This document shows positions 38,927 to 47,425 of a stretch of 64,000 nt of DNA, one piece after another (position 1 is the first letter of the stretch; each line of letters starts with the position of its first letter). Below the pieces are notes generated by a model, which was not told the origin of the DNA, ran no database searches, and was given only the letters and a program-made list of their open reading frames with translations. Source of the stretch: an uncultured Bacteroidales bacterium (GTDB taxonomy: Bacteria > Bacteroidota > Bacteroidia > Bacteroidales > Muribaculaceae); the NCBI GenBank assembly GCA_958423255.1, contig CATZQR010000003.1:65440-129439 (forward strand). The letters are read 5' to 3'. Made by a program: the position numbers and the translations under genes.

Positions 38927-38974
38927 ATCGGGTATTTTATATCGGGCGTATAGGGCTTATCGGGCCTGTAATTA

Positions 38975-39730
38975 TTATTCGCAGGCGGCCAGGAGGGCCG
39001 GGAGAGCCCGGGCGAAGGCCGGCATGGAGGGGAAAACGATGTCGGAACCGGCCTGCCACATCTCGCGCTCGGGAATAGGGCCGGTGGTGACGGCCACGGC
39101 AAAGGCACGGGCGTCGGAGGCCGAACGGACGCCCAGAGGGGCATTTTCCACAGCGATGCACTGCCATGGCTCGGCCTTGGCAAGCGCCATCCCCTTGAGG
39201 TAGGGCTCCGGATGGGGCTTGCAATGGGTTACGTCGGCCGAAGTGATGCGCAGACTTTCGGAGAAACCTCCGGGGAAATCGGCGGCGAGGCGCTCGAGGT
39301 TGGAGTGCTGCCCCGAGCCGGTTACGAGCACACGGGCAATGCCCCGCTCCATAAGCGTACGCACCATCTGCTGCGCGCCATCCATTACCTCCGGACGCGG
39401 AAACTCATTGAAATAACCCGACTTCCGGGCATAAAGTTCACGCTTCTCGGTGTCGGTGGCCTCACGACCGAAAGTGCGCAGAAAGAGACGATTGATGGTC
39501 TCGGCGCCGGTCATCCCCTCGTAGAGGTAGAACTCCTCGCGGGAACATGGGATGCCGAGTTCGGTAGCCATACGGTGCCACGAGGCGGTGTGGAGGCCCA
39601 TTGAGTCGAGCAGGGTGCCGTCCATATCGATAAGCGCGGCGCGCGGCGAGAGCCCGGCGAAACCGGTACGCTCACGGTAGCGTGCGAGCGCGGCGGCAAT
39701 CTGAGAATCTATATTAAAGTAACTGTTCAA
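38975..39730 (-). CDS. HAD-superfamily hydrolase (beta-phosphoglucomutase-like subfamily IA)
   Basis: It has motif I (IDMDGTL) and the later HAD motifs. The annotated start is a TTG lying inside the MITE-like repeat, so the true N-terminus is uncertain. Confidence 0.7.
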   Translation of the reverse strand: MNSYFNIDSQIAAALARYRERTGFAGLSPRAALIDMDGTLLDSMGLHTASWHRMATELGIPCSREEFYLYEGMTGAETINRLFLRTFGREATDTEKRELYARKSGYFNEFPRPEVMDGAQQMVRTLMERGIARVLVTGSGQHSNLERLAADFPGGFSESLRITSADVTHCKPHPEPYLKGMALAKAEPWQCIAVENAPLGVRSASDARAFAVAVTTGPIPEREMWQAGSDIVFPSMPAFARALPALLAACE

Positions 39731-39900
39731 AATTATTTATATTTTCCTGATCTAATTATTTCAACATTTCCGCGGTAAAATTTTCGCATCTTTTCCTCTC
39801 TTCATCAGTCGTGTAGACATCTACACTCCTTCTTCATCGAGAAAAATCTCCTGAAAATTTTCCTCCCGGAAATATTAAAATAATTTCGACCAGTTACTTA
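39717..39900. repeat. MITE-like element copy A (~23-bp terminal inverted repeats TAAGTAACyGkTC..AATTATTT), 184 bp with a ~65-bp internal insertion relative to copy B
   Basis: It aligns along its length with 53560-53679. The TIRs are readable directly. It has no coding capacity. Confidence 0.6.
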
Positions 39901-39946
39901 TCCATATTCATTGTTCCAAAATTTTTCCCGGTGCGGGAAGAGGCTT

Positions 39947-40534
39947 TCAGCCGGCGTTGTAGTGTCCGTTTTTGATACGATAGAGCGTCTCCTTGCTCAG
40001 CCCGAGGAAGGAGGCGATCTGGGTTGTGGAGGCGCACTCCGTAAGTCGCGGGAAACGGCTGAGCGCCCATGCATAGCGCTCGGAGGCGCTGAGTGTCTGC
40101 ATTACGTCGACGCGCTCCTCAAGAAAATCGGTATAGTGCAGCAGAGCCGTATTGAGGAAGAGCAGACCCTCGTTGGGGTCGACGGCGCCGCTCTCCTCAA
40201 GCTGATCGCGCACGGGCTGCTGAGGGATGAAAATCAGGGTGGATGGTTCGAGAAACTGCACGGCGAGGGTGTCGGCATAACGCCGCGATATGTTGCGCGG
40301 CACCACGGCAAACTGGTCGGCGAAAGCGAAGGAGATGGTGTGCTCGCGGCCACGACGGGTGTAGTACAGACGTACGGCGCCGCTGACGATATAGAAAGCG
40401 TATGCCGAGAGCATCTGCGAACTCTGGATAATGTGGCCTTTTGGGAAACGCTCCTGGCTCATCATGGAGCGTAGACAGCGCTCTACTTCCGGCTCCAGCT
40501 TGGCGAATTTTCGGATATGGTCGATAGGATGCAT
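39947..40534 (-). CDS. Crp/Fnr family transcriptional regulator
   Basis: 195 aa with an N-terminal cNMP-binding beta-roll and a C-terminal HTH (TQIASFLGLSKETLYRI). Confidence 0.85.
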   Translation of the reverse strand: MHPIDHIRKFAKLEPEVERCLRSMMSQERFPKGHIIQSSQMLSAYAFYIVSGAVRLYYTRRGREHTISFAFADQFAVVPRNISRRYADTLAVQFLEPSTLIFIPQQPVRDQLEESGAVDPNEGLLFLNTALLHYTDFLEERVDVMQTLSASERYAWALSRFPRLTECASTTQIASFLGLSKETLYRIKNGHYNAG

Positions 40535-40535
40535 C

Positions 40536-41012
40536 TCAGCGAAGAATTACTACGGAATCGGGGGTTACGGCAACCGTATAAGGTACGCCCGACACCTTCG
40601 GGCGGCGCGAGCCACGGAAATAGTAGGTTCCCTGGCGGTCCCACGCGGGGAGATCGACACAGCGGGTTTCTCCCGCGGGGAGGTCTACTGCCACCGAGCA
40701 GCGTCGACGGTGAATCTGGCGCCCCTGAAGGTCGAAATATTCGATATGAAACACCGCCCGGACAACGTCGGCCGACATATGGTTGGTGATGAAAAGCGTC
40801 TCGCGCGAAGCGCGCAGCGGCTTGTCGTAGCCTGAGAAAACGAGATCTCCACGGGCGCAGGCGAGTGTGTCTGCCCCCTCAGGGGCCGCGGCGGAAGCAG
40901 CGGCAAGCGCATGCAGACGCGGCGAGAGCGAGTTGCGGCGCTGAGCCGTTGCCGATACGGCCACGGAAAGCATCGCTATAAGCACTATGATGAAGTTGCG
41001 GAGCATGAACAT
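40536..41012 (-). CDS. hypothetical secreted protein
   Basis: 158 aa with a signal peptide (AVSATA/QRR). It lies 2 bp downstream of crp, which suggests an operon. Confidence 0.5.
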   Translation of the reverse strand: MFMLRNFIIVLIAMLSVAVSATAQRRNSLSPRLHALAAASAAAPEGADTLACARGDLVFSGYDKPLRASRETLFITNHMSADVVRAVFHIEYFDLQGRQIHRRRCSVAVDLPAGETRCVDLPAWDRQGTYYFRGSRRPKVSGVPYTVAVTPDSVVILR

Positions 41013-41022
41013 AAGTAACTTA

Positions 41023-41628
41023 TCAGAGGTATCTTACGGCCGCAGGATGGTCGGGGTCGGAGGGCCAGAGGCGCACGTAGCCGGAGAGTTCGCGGGGAGT
41101 GTTGTCGGTCTGGCGCAGGGGGCGGCGGAACATGAAAGGGAGCAATCCCGTGAGCACCACGCGCAGCCCCTTGCGGCGTCGGGTAAGCATCAGGCGGCCG
41201 TCGGCATGGCGAATGTCGAAGGTTTTGGGCCGGGAAAGGCGACCCGAGTCGAGGCGGGTGAACATACGCGCCTCGTAGTGGTCCTGACGTGCGGTCGGGC
41301 TCATCCATCCAACCACCGTGCCGCAGCCAACACCTACCATCGGTGTATCTACGGCCACAATCAGCAGGGCGTTGCCGGCCGTTCCGGCCGCTCCGGGAGC
41401 AGCCGATCCCATCACTGCCACCACGGCACCGTCGGCAGGGTCCGTCCACAAACCTTCGAGCTCATGGACCGGACGCGCGCCGAGAGCTTGCCGCAGCGAG
41501 TCGGCCGAAAATCCGGCGATGCGCCATCCCTGGCCGGCCTCGGAGCGCGGAGCCTTCAGCGGCGCCTGGGCGAAACCGGCAGCAACCGCGAGCGCCAGGC
41601 AGAGAATTATGGCATGGAGTCGGTACAT
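41023..41628 (-). CDS. hypothetical secreted protein
   Basis: The signal peptide is MYRLHAIILCLALAVAAGFA/QAP. The track start at 41649 is a GTG, so I moved the start to ATG 41628. Confidence 0.5.
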   Translation of the reverse strand: MYRLHAIILCLALAVAAGFAQAPLKAPRSEAGQGWRIAGFSADSLRQALGARPVHELEGLWTDPADGAVVAVMGSAAPGAAGTAGNALLIVAVDTPMVGVGCGTVVGWMSPTARQDHYEARMFTRLDSGRLSRPKTFDIRHADGRLMLTRRRKGLRVVLTGLLPFMFRRPLRQTDNTPRELSGYVRLWPSDPDHPAAVRYL

Positions 41629-41655
41629 CGGTGGGATAGCGGAAACCACACAGCC

Positions 41656-43140
41656 TCAAACTCGCGAGAACTTATAGGCGAAGCCGATGGAAAGGATTTC
41701 CTTGAGCTGCCATTTGTGCCAGCGGGTTTCGGCGATGCGCTCGGCGTCGCTCTGATAGCGCAGGTGAGCGAAAATGCGCGTGGTCAGGAACTTGTTGATA
41801 TTGAAGTTAATGGTGTTCTCCCAGTCGCCCTGCACATATTCGTAGTTCGTGAAGATGAACATCCGGGAGAAATACTCGATGTTGTAGGTGATTTTCCAGC
41901 GGCAGGTGAGCTCGGCGCTCGAACCATACTGGCTGACGGAGCGCTTCCCTTCCTCGATGCCGAAAGCCGCAGGGTTGAGGCGGCTGTTGGTACACATCTT
42001 CAGATTATATGAGAGCGGCGAGAGGGCTGCGGTGAAGGTCAGGGTCTTTTTGGGATTCTCGTAGCTGTAGGTCATACCGAGGCCGAGGTTGAGTTCGCCC
42101 GGCGAGAGAAACGCGGCCGTGAGGTCCTCGGTGTTGACGCGGTAGTTGTTGAGCAGCTGGGTTTTGAACTGGAGGTTGACCGAGTAGTACCACCTGCGGG
42201 CGGCTTTGAGGCCGAATTTGGAGTTGATCTGCAGGAGATCTTCGGAGATATTGTAGGAGTGTACGGTATCGTCGGGGGCATTGTTCACGCCAAGCTTATA
42301 CTGCACCGAGGTGTCGAAAATGAGGTTCGGGTGGAATTTCTGGTTGAGGCTCACGTTGTAGAGCACATTGAGAATGGCATTGAGGTTGGAATTGCCGCCC
42401 TGATACCAGTTTTTCGAGACGTAGGCCTGCGAGAACTGCAGCGATGCGTCGAAATTGTGGAGCCAGTTGATGCGGTCGAGCTTCACCGGCTCCACCACCT
42501 GCTTCATTGCCGTCTCGTCGCGAGTAAACTCACGCACGTTGATTTTGGCCAATTCGGGATCGACCTCCATTACAAATTCGCGCGGGGGCCGGGGCATGGA
42601 GGCGAGATTATAGCGGATTATCTGGGGATAGGCCATCATGAATCCCTGCTCGAAGCGGGCGCGGCGGGCGTCGCGCGCGGTGGTGCGCTCAGACCAGTTC
42701 ATCGTGGCCGGATCGGGGGCGGCGAATCCGAGCGAATCGGGCACCGCGCCACTGAGCTTCACGGAATATGTATTGAAAATCAGCGGCATGGCAGCATAAT
42801 ACGGGAGAATCAGGCCCTCGACATCAATGGTCGAGTCAATCTGAAGCTCCTGCGGGCCGAAATTCTCAGGCTCGAGGAAGCGGCCTTCGGCGTCGGTCAT
42901 CTCCCAGAGAGGGTTGTCGTGGCCGGCACGCTTCATGGCGGCGCGTCGGGCACGCTTGGCACGCTCGGCGGCAAGCGAAAGGCGGCGCTGCTCGCGCTCG
43001 GAGAGCGGGCGTGCGGCAGAGTCGGCCTGCACGGTCTCGCCGTCGATTATCATTTCGTCGAAAAGCGATTGTGCCATAGAGGCAAAGGGGGCGGCAAGGG
43101 AGGCCGCCACGAGTGCAAATGTGACAAATATCCTATTCAT
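41656..43140 (-). CDS. outer-membrane protein, hypothetical (beta-barrel-like C-terminal half)
   Basis: The signal peptide is MNRIFVTFALVAASLAAPFASMA/QS. The C-terminal ~300 aa has alternating aromatic/hydrophobic strands. I moved the start from the track's 43212 to ATG 43140. Confidence 0.55.
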   Translation of the reverse strand: MNRIFVTFALVAASLAAPFASMAQSLFDEMIIDGETVQADSAARPLSEREQRRLSLAAERAKRARRAAMKRAGHDNPLWEMTDAEGRFLEPENFGPQELQIDSTIDVEGLILPYYAAMPLIFNTYSVKLSGAVPDSLGFAAPDPATMNWSERTTARDARRARFEQGFMMAYPQIIRYNLASMPRPPREFVMEVDPELAKINVREFTRDETAMKQVVEPVKLDRINWLHNFDASLQFSQAYVSKNWYQGGNSNLNAILNVLYNVSLNQKFHPNLIFDTSVQYKLGVNNAPDDTVHSYNISEDLLQINSKFGLKAARRWYYSVNLQFKTQLLNNYRVNTEDLTAAFLSPGELNLGLGMTYSYENPKKTLTFTAALSPLSYNLKMCTNSRLNPAAFGIEEGKRSVSQYGSSAELTCRWKITYNIEYFSRMFIFTNYEYVQGDWENTINFNINKFLTTRIFAHLRYQSDAERIAETRWHKWQLKEILSIGFAYKFSRV

Positions 43141-43175
43141 ACTGCAAATGTAACCATTTTTTTTCAGAATTTTGT

Positions 43176-43183
43176 AAATTTGC
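43176..43183 (+). promoter_or_regulatory. TAAATTTG -7 box upstream of pheT
   Basis: Matches TAnnTTTG and lies about 200 bp before the pheT ATG. Confidence 0.3.
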
Positions 43184-43388
43184 ACTTTGGAAGCGAGCGC
43201 ATCGCTCCACACCGCATAACGAAGTCATTTTAAACCCTTTCTCCAAATGGCTTCACAAGATGTATTCTTAAAGAATTTGGCTCTTTTCGGCTGATTTCAC
43301 CCTTGATTTCGGGGTAAATCCGCTCAAAACCAATCTCAAATTCTTTTCGAAGAAAAAGTTTAAACGACTTCAAAAATCAGTAATTCCG

Positions 43389-45863
43389 ATGAATATATCT
43401 TACAATTGGTTAAAGGATTACCTTCCGATTGACCTCAGTCCGGAGAAGACCACAGAGGCCCTTACCTCGATAGGCCTGGAGACCGACGGCCTTGAGGAAG
43501 TGGAATCGATAAAGGGCGGACTGAAGGGAATTGTGATCGGCAAGGTGCTCACCTGCGTGGAGCATCCCAACAGCGACCACCTGCACATCACCACCGTGGA
43601 CCTCGGCACCGGCGAGCCCACCCAGATCGTATGCGGCGCCCCCAATGTGGCCGCAGGGCAGACCGTAGTAGTGGCCACCGTGGGCACCACGCTCTACGAC
43701 GGCGACAACGAATTTCAGATCAAGCGCTCGAAAATCCGCGGCGTGGAGTCGCTCGGCATGATATGCGCCGAAGATGAAATCGGCGTGGGCAGCTCCCACG
43801 ACGGCATCATCGTGATTCCCGCCGACAAGGCGCCGGCGCCCGGCACCCCCGCAGCCGAATACTATAACCTTACGAGCGACTACGTGATGGAGGTAGACCT
43901 GACCCCCAACCGCATCGACGCCGCCTCGCATTTCGGCGTGGCGCGCGACCTCGCAGCCTATCTCGACGGCCATCTGGAGCGCAAGGAGCTGAAGCGCCCC
44001 GCCGTGGATGCCTTCCGCCCCGACCGCGCCGACGGCGCCATCGAGGTGGAGGTTGTCGACCTGCAAGGCGCTCCGCGCTACTCCGGCCTTACAATCCGCG
44101 GCGTGAAGGTGGCCCCCTCGCCCCAGTGGCTGCGCGACCGCCTGGAAACCATCGGCGTGCGCTCAATCAACAATATCGTAGACATAACCAACTACATACT
44201 CCACGGCATCGGTCAGCCCATGCACGCCTTCGACCTCAAGGCCATAGAGGGGGGCCGCATAGTGGTGCGCACCTGCCCGGACGGAACGCCCTTCACCACG
44301 CTCGACGGGGTGGAGCGCAAGCTCAGCGATGCCGACCTGATGATCTGCGACGCCGCGAAGCCGATGTGCATCGCCGGAGTGTTCGGCGGCCTGAATTCGG
44401 GTGTAACCGAGCAGACCACCGACATATTCCTTGAAAGCGCATACTTCAACCCCACACGCATACGCCGCTCGGCGCGCCGCCACGGCCTGAGCACCGACGC
44501 CTCGTTCCGCTACGAGCGCGGCCTCGACCCCAACGCCACACTCTACGCCCTGAAGCTCGCCGCCCTGATGGTGAAGGAGCTTGCCGGAGGCGAAATCTGC
44601 GGCGAACCCGTCGACATCTACCCCGAGCCGGTCGCACCCTTCAAGGTTGACTTCAGCCTCGACTACCTGCGGCGCCTCGTAGGCAAGGAGATTCCCGAAG
44701 AAACCGTCAATTCGATACTGCGCTCGCTCGAAATCGAGACCACCGGCCGCGACGGCGATACGCTCCACCTGCTCGTGCCGACCTATCGCGTGGACGTTCA
44801 GCGCCCCTGCGACGTGGTCGAGGACATACTCCGCATCTACGGCTACAACAACGTGGAAATCAACGACACCGTTCACTCCGCGCTGCAACTCACCACGATA
44901 GCCAACGAATCCGACGACCTCACGCGCCTGATCTCCGACCAGCTGACCGGCGCCGGATTCCACGAGATACTCAACAACTCGCTCACCGCCGAGGCCTACT
45001 ACGCCGACCTCAAGGCATATCCCGCCGACCACTGCGTGAAGCTGCTCAACCCCCTGAGCAACGACCTCAACGTGATGCGGCAGACGCTGCTCTTCGGCGG
45101 CCTCGAATCGATTGCCCACAACGTGAACCGCCGCGCCGACTCGCTGGCCTTCTACGAATTCGGCAACGTCTACTCGATGCGGCCCGACGTCGAGTCGACC
45201 GCCGAGGCTCCGCTCGCGCCCTACAGCGAGGGTGCTCGCCTGGCCCTCTGGCTCACTGGCAATGCCAGCCGCGGCAACTGGAGCGTCGCCGCCCGCGAGG
45301 CCACATTCTTCGACCTCAAGGGCCACGTGGCCAACATCTTCGCCCGCCTCGGCATCTCCGAGCGCGAAATCACAATCGCCAAAGGCGAGGGTTGCGACAT
45401 CTTCTCCGCTTATCTTACAATCGCCACACGCTCGGGCAAGCAGCTCGGCGAGATGGGTCTTGTATCCAAAGCCGTACTCGCCAAGGCCGACGTGCGTCAG
45501 CCCGTGGTCTACGCGCAGCTCGACTGGGATGCACTTGTGCGCCTGGCGCTCAAGAAAAAGGTGGAATTCACCCCGCTGCCCAAGACGCTCCCCGTGAAGC
45601 GCGACCTGGCCCTCCTGCTCGACAAGGGTGTCACGATGGCTCAGGTAGAGGCCACCGTGCGCGAGAGCGAGCGCAAGCTGCTCCGCTCGGTAGAGCTCTT
45701 CGACGTATACGAGGGGAAGAACCTCCCCGAGGGGAAAAAGTCGTACGCCATCTCGATGACCCTGCAGGACGACGAACGCACCCTTCAGGACAAGCAGATC
45801 GACGCCACCATGGCCAAGATCATCAAAATCCTGCAGACGCGCCTGGGCGCCGAGCTCCGCTGA
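43389..45863 (+). CDS. pheT: phenylalanine--tRNA ligase beta subunit
   Basis: 824 aa. It has the N-terminal tRNA-binding domain, B3/B4, B5, a class II-like core, and a C-terminal FDX-ACB domain. Confidence 0.95.
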   Translation: MNISYNWLKDYLPIDLSPEKTTEALTSIGLETDGLEEVESIKGGLKGIVIGKVLTCVEHPNSDHLHITTVDLGTGEPTQIVCGAPNVAAGQTVVVATVGTTLYDGDNEFQIKRSKIRGVESLGMICAEDEIGVGSSHDGIIVIPADKAPAPGTPAAEYYNLTSDYVMEVDLTPNRIDAASHFGVARDLAAYLDGHLERKELKRPAVDAFRPDRADGAIEVEVVDLQGAPRYSGLTIRGVKVAPSPQWLRDRLETIGVRSINNIVDITNYILHGIGQPMHAFDLKAIEGGRIVVRTCPDGTPFTTLDGVERKLSDADLMICDAAKPMCIAGVFGGLNSGVTEQTTDIFLESAYFNPTRIRRSARRHGLSTDASFRYERGLDPNATLYALKLAALMVKELAGGEICGEPVDIYPEPVAPFKVDFSLDYLRRLVGKEIPEETVNSILRSLEIETTGRDGDTLHLLVPTYRVDVQRPCDVVEDILRIYGYNNVEINDTVHSALQLTTIANESDDLTRLISDQLTGAGFHEILNNSLTAEAYYADLKAYPADHCVKLLNPLSNDLNVMRQTLLFGGLESIAHNVNRRADSLAFYEFGNVYSMRPDVESTAEAPLAPYSEGARLALWLTGNASRGNWSVAAREATFFDLKGHVANIFARLGISEREITIAKGEGCDIFSAYLTIATRSGKQLGEMGLVSKAVLAKADVRQPVVYAQLDWDALVRLALKKKVEFTPLPKTLPVKRDLALLLDKGVTMAQVEATVRESERKLLRSVELFDVYEGKNLPEGKKSYAISMTLQDDERTLQDKQIDATMAKIIKILQTRLGAELR

Positions 45864-45963
45864 CGGCCGACCGGACATTCCGTCACGCCCGTCACCCATC
45901 AGCTACATAAGTCACATCCGACACATCAGTAACAATACTCACAAATAAAAATACATAACCCCT

Positions 45964-46677
45964 ATGGGACGCGCATTTGAATATCGCAAAGCAAGAAAGC
46001 TGAAACGCTGGGGCAACATGAGCCGCACGTTCACCCGCATCGGTAAGGAAATCACCATAGCCGTGAAGGCCGGCGGCCCGGACCCTTCGACCAACCCGCG
46101 CCTCCGCGCCCTGATGCAGAACGCAAAGGCAGAGAACATGCCAAAGGACACCGTGGAACGCGCCATCAAGAAAGCTACCGACAAGGACGCCAAGGATTAT
46201 AAGGAAATCACCTACGAGGGATACGGCCCTCACGGTATCGCCATCTTCGTAGAAGCCGCCACCGACAACAATACACGCACCGTGGCCAACGTGCGCTCCT
46301 ACTTCACCAAACACGGCGGCTCGCTCGGCACCCAGGGCTCGCTCACATTCCTGTTCGAACACAAGGTGATGCTCAAGATCCAGCCCAAGGCCGACTTGAG
46401 CCTCGAAGATCTCGAACTCGAGCTGATTGACTACGGCGTGGACGAACTCGAAGCCGACGAGGATTCGATCGTGCTCTACGGCCCCTTCGAGGAGTATGCC
46501 AACATCCAGCAGTATCTTGAGGGCAACGGCTTTGAAATCCTCTCGACCGAATTCGTGCGCATCCCCAACGACGTGAAAGAGGTGACCGACGAGCAGCGCG
46601 AGACCATCGACAAGCTCCTCGAAAAGCTTGAAGAGGACGAGGACGTTCAGAACGTGTTCCACAACATGGCCGAATAA
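45964..46677 (+). CDS. yebC: YebC/PmpR family DNA-binding transcriptional regulator
   Basis: 237 aa with a family-typical N-terminus (MGRAFEYRKARKLKRWGNMSRTFTRIGKEI). Confidence 0.9.
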   Translation: MGRAFEYRKARKLKRWGNMSRTFTRIGKEITIAVKAGGPDPSTNPRLRALMQNAKAENMPKDTVERAIKKATDKDAKDYKEITYEGYGPHGIAIFVEAATDNNTRTVANVRSYFTKHGGSLGTQGSLTFLFEHKVMLKIQPKADLSLEDLELELIDYGVDELEADEDSIVLYGPFEEYANIQQYLEGNGFEILSTEFVRIPNDVKEVTDEQRETIDKLLEKLEEDEDVQNVFHNMAE

Positions 46678-46699
46678 TCCACCCATACATTTTCCAGCC

Positions 46700-47299
46700 A
46701 TGTTTTCCGGAATAGTTGAAGAAGCGGCCACGGTTGTGGCCGCCGTACGCCAGAACGGCAACGTGCACCTCACACTGCGCGCCTCGTTTGTCGACGAGCT
46801 GAAAATCGACCAGTCGGTGGCCCACAACGGCGTGTGTCTCACGGTGGTATCCATCGCCGACGGCACATATACCGTAACCGCCATCGAGGAGACCCTGCGC
46901 CGCAGCAACCTCGGGCTGCTGAAAGAGGGCGACCCGGTCAACGTGGAGCGCTGCATGCTGATGAACGGCCGTCTGGACGGCCACATCGTGCAGGGCCACG
47001 TGGACTGCACGGCCCGCTGCACCGACATCGAGGAAGTGGAGGGAAGCCGGTATTTCAAGTTCGAATACGAGGTGTCGCCCGAAATGGCGCGCCAGGGGTA
47101 TCTCACCGTAGAGAAAGGCTCGGTATGCGTCAACGGCGTGAGCCTGACGGTGTGCGACTCCGCTCCCGGCTCCTTCCGTGTCGCCATCATTCCCTACACC
47201 TTCGAGCACACCAACTTCGGCAAAATCGAAGTCGGCTCTACGGTCAACCTTGAGTTCGACATAATCGGCAAATATATAGCCCGCATCGCGGCTATCTGA
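46700..47299 (+). CDS. ribE: riboflavin synthase (alpha subunit)
   Basis: 200 aa. The N-terminus is MFSGIVEE and there are two lumazine-binding repeats. I took the start at ATG 46700. Confidence 0.9.
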   Translation: MFSGIVEEAATVVAAVRQNGNVHLTLRASFVDELKIDQSVAHNGVCLTVVSIADGTYTVTAIEETLRRSNLGLLKEGDPVNVERCMLMNGRLDGHIVQGHVDCTARCTDIEEVEGSRYFKFEYEVSPEMARQGYLTVEKGSVCVNGVSLTVCDSAPGSFRVAIIPYTFEHTNFGKIEVGSTVNLEFDIIGKYIARIAAI

Positions 47300-47425
47300 C
47301 CCTCATATCCCTTAACTATGCGGCTGCCCGGCCGGCAAACGCGCCGCCGAGGCAGCCACATGGCTTTCCACTCTCCCACCCCGCTTACTTACATCCGTCT
47401 ACTTCTTACCTTTTTCATCCGATCT

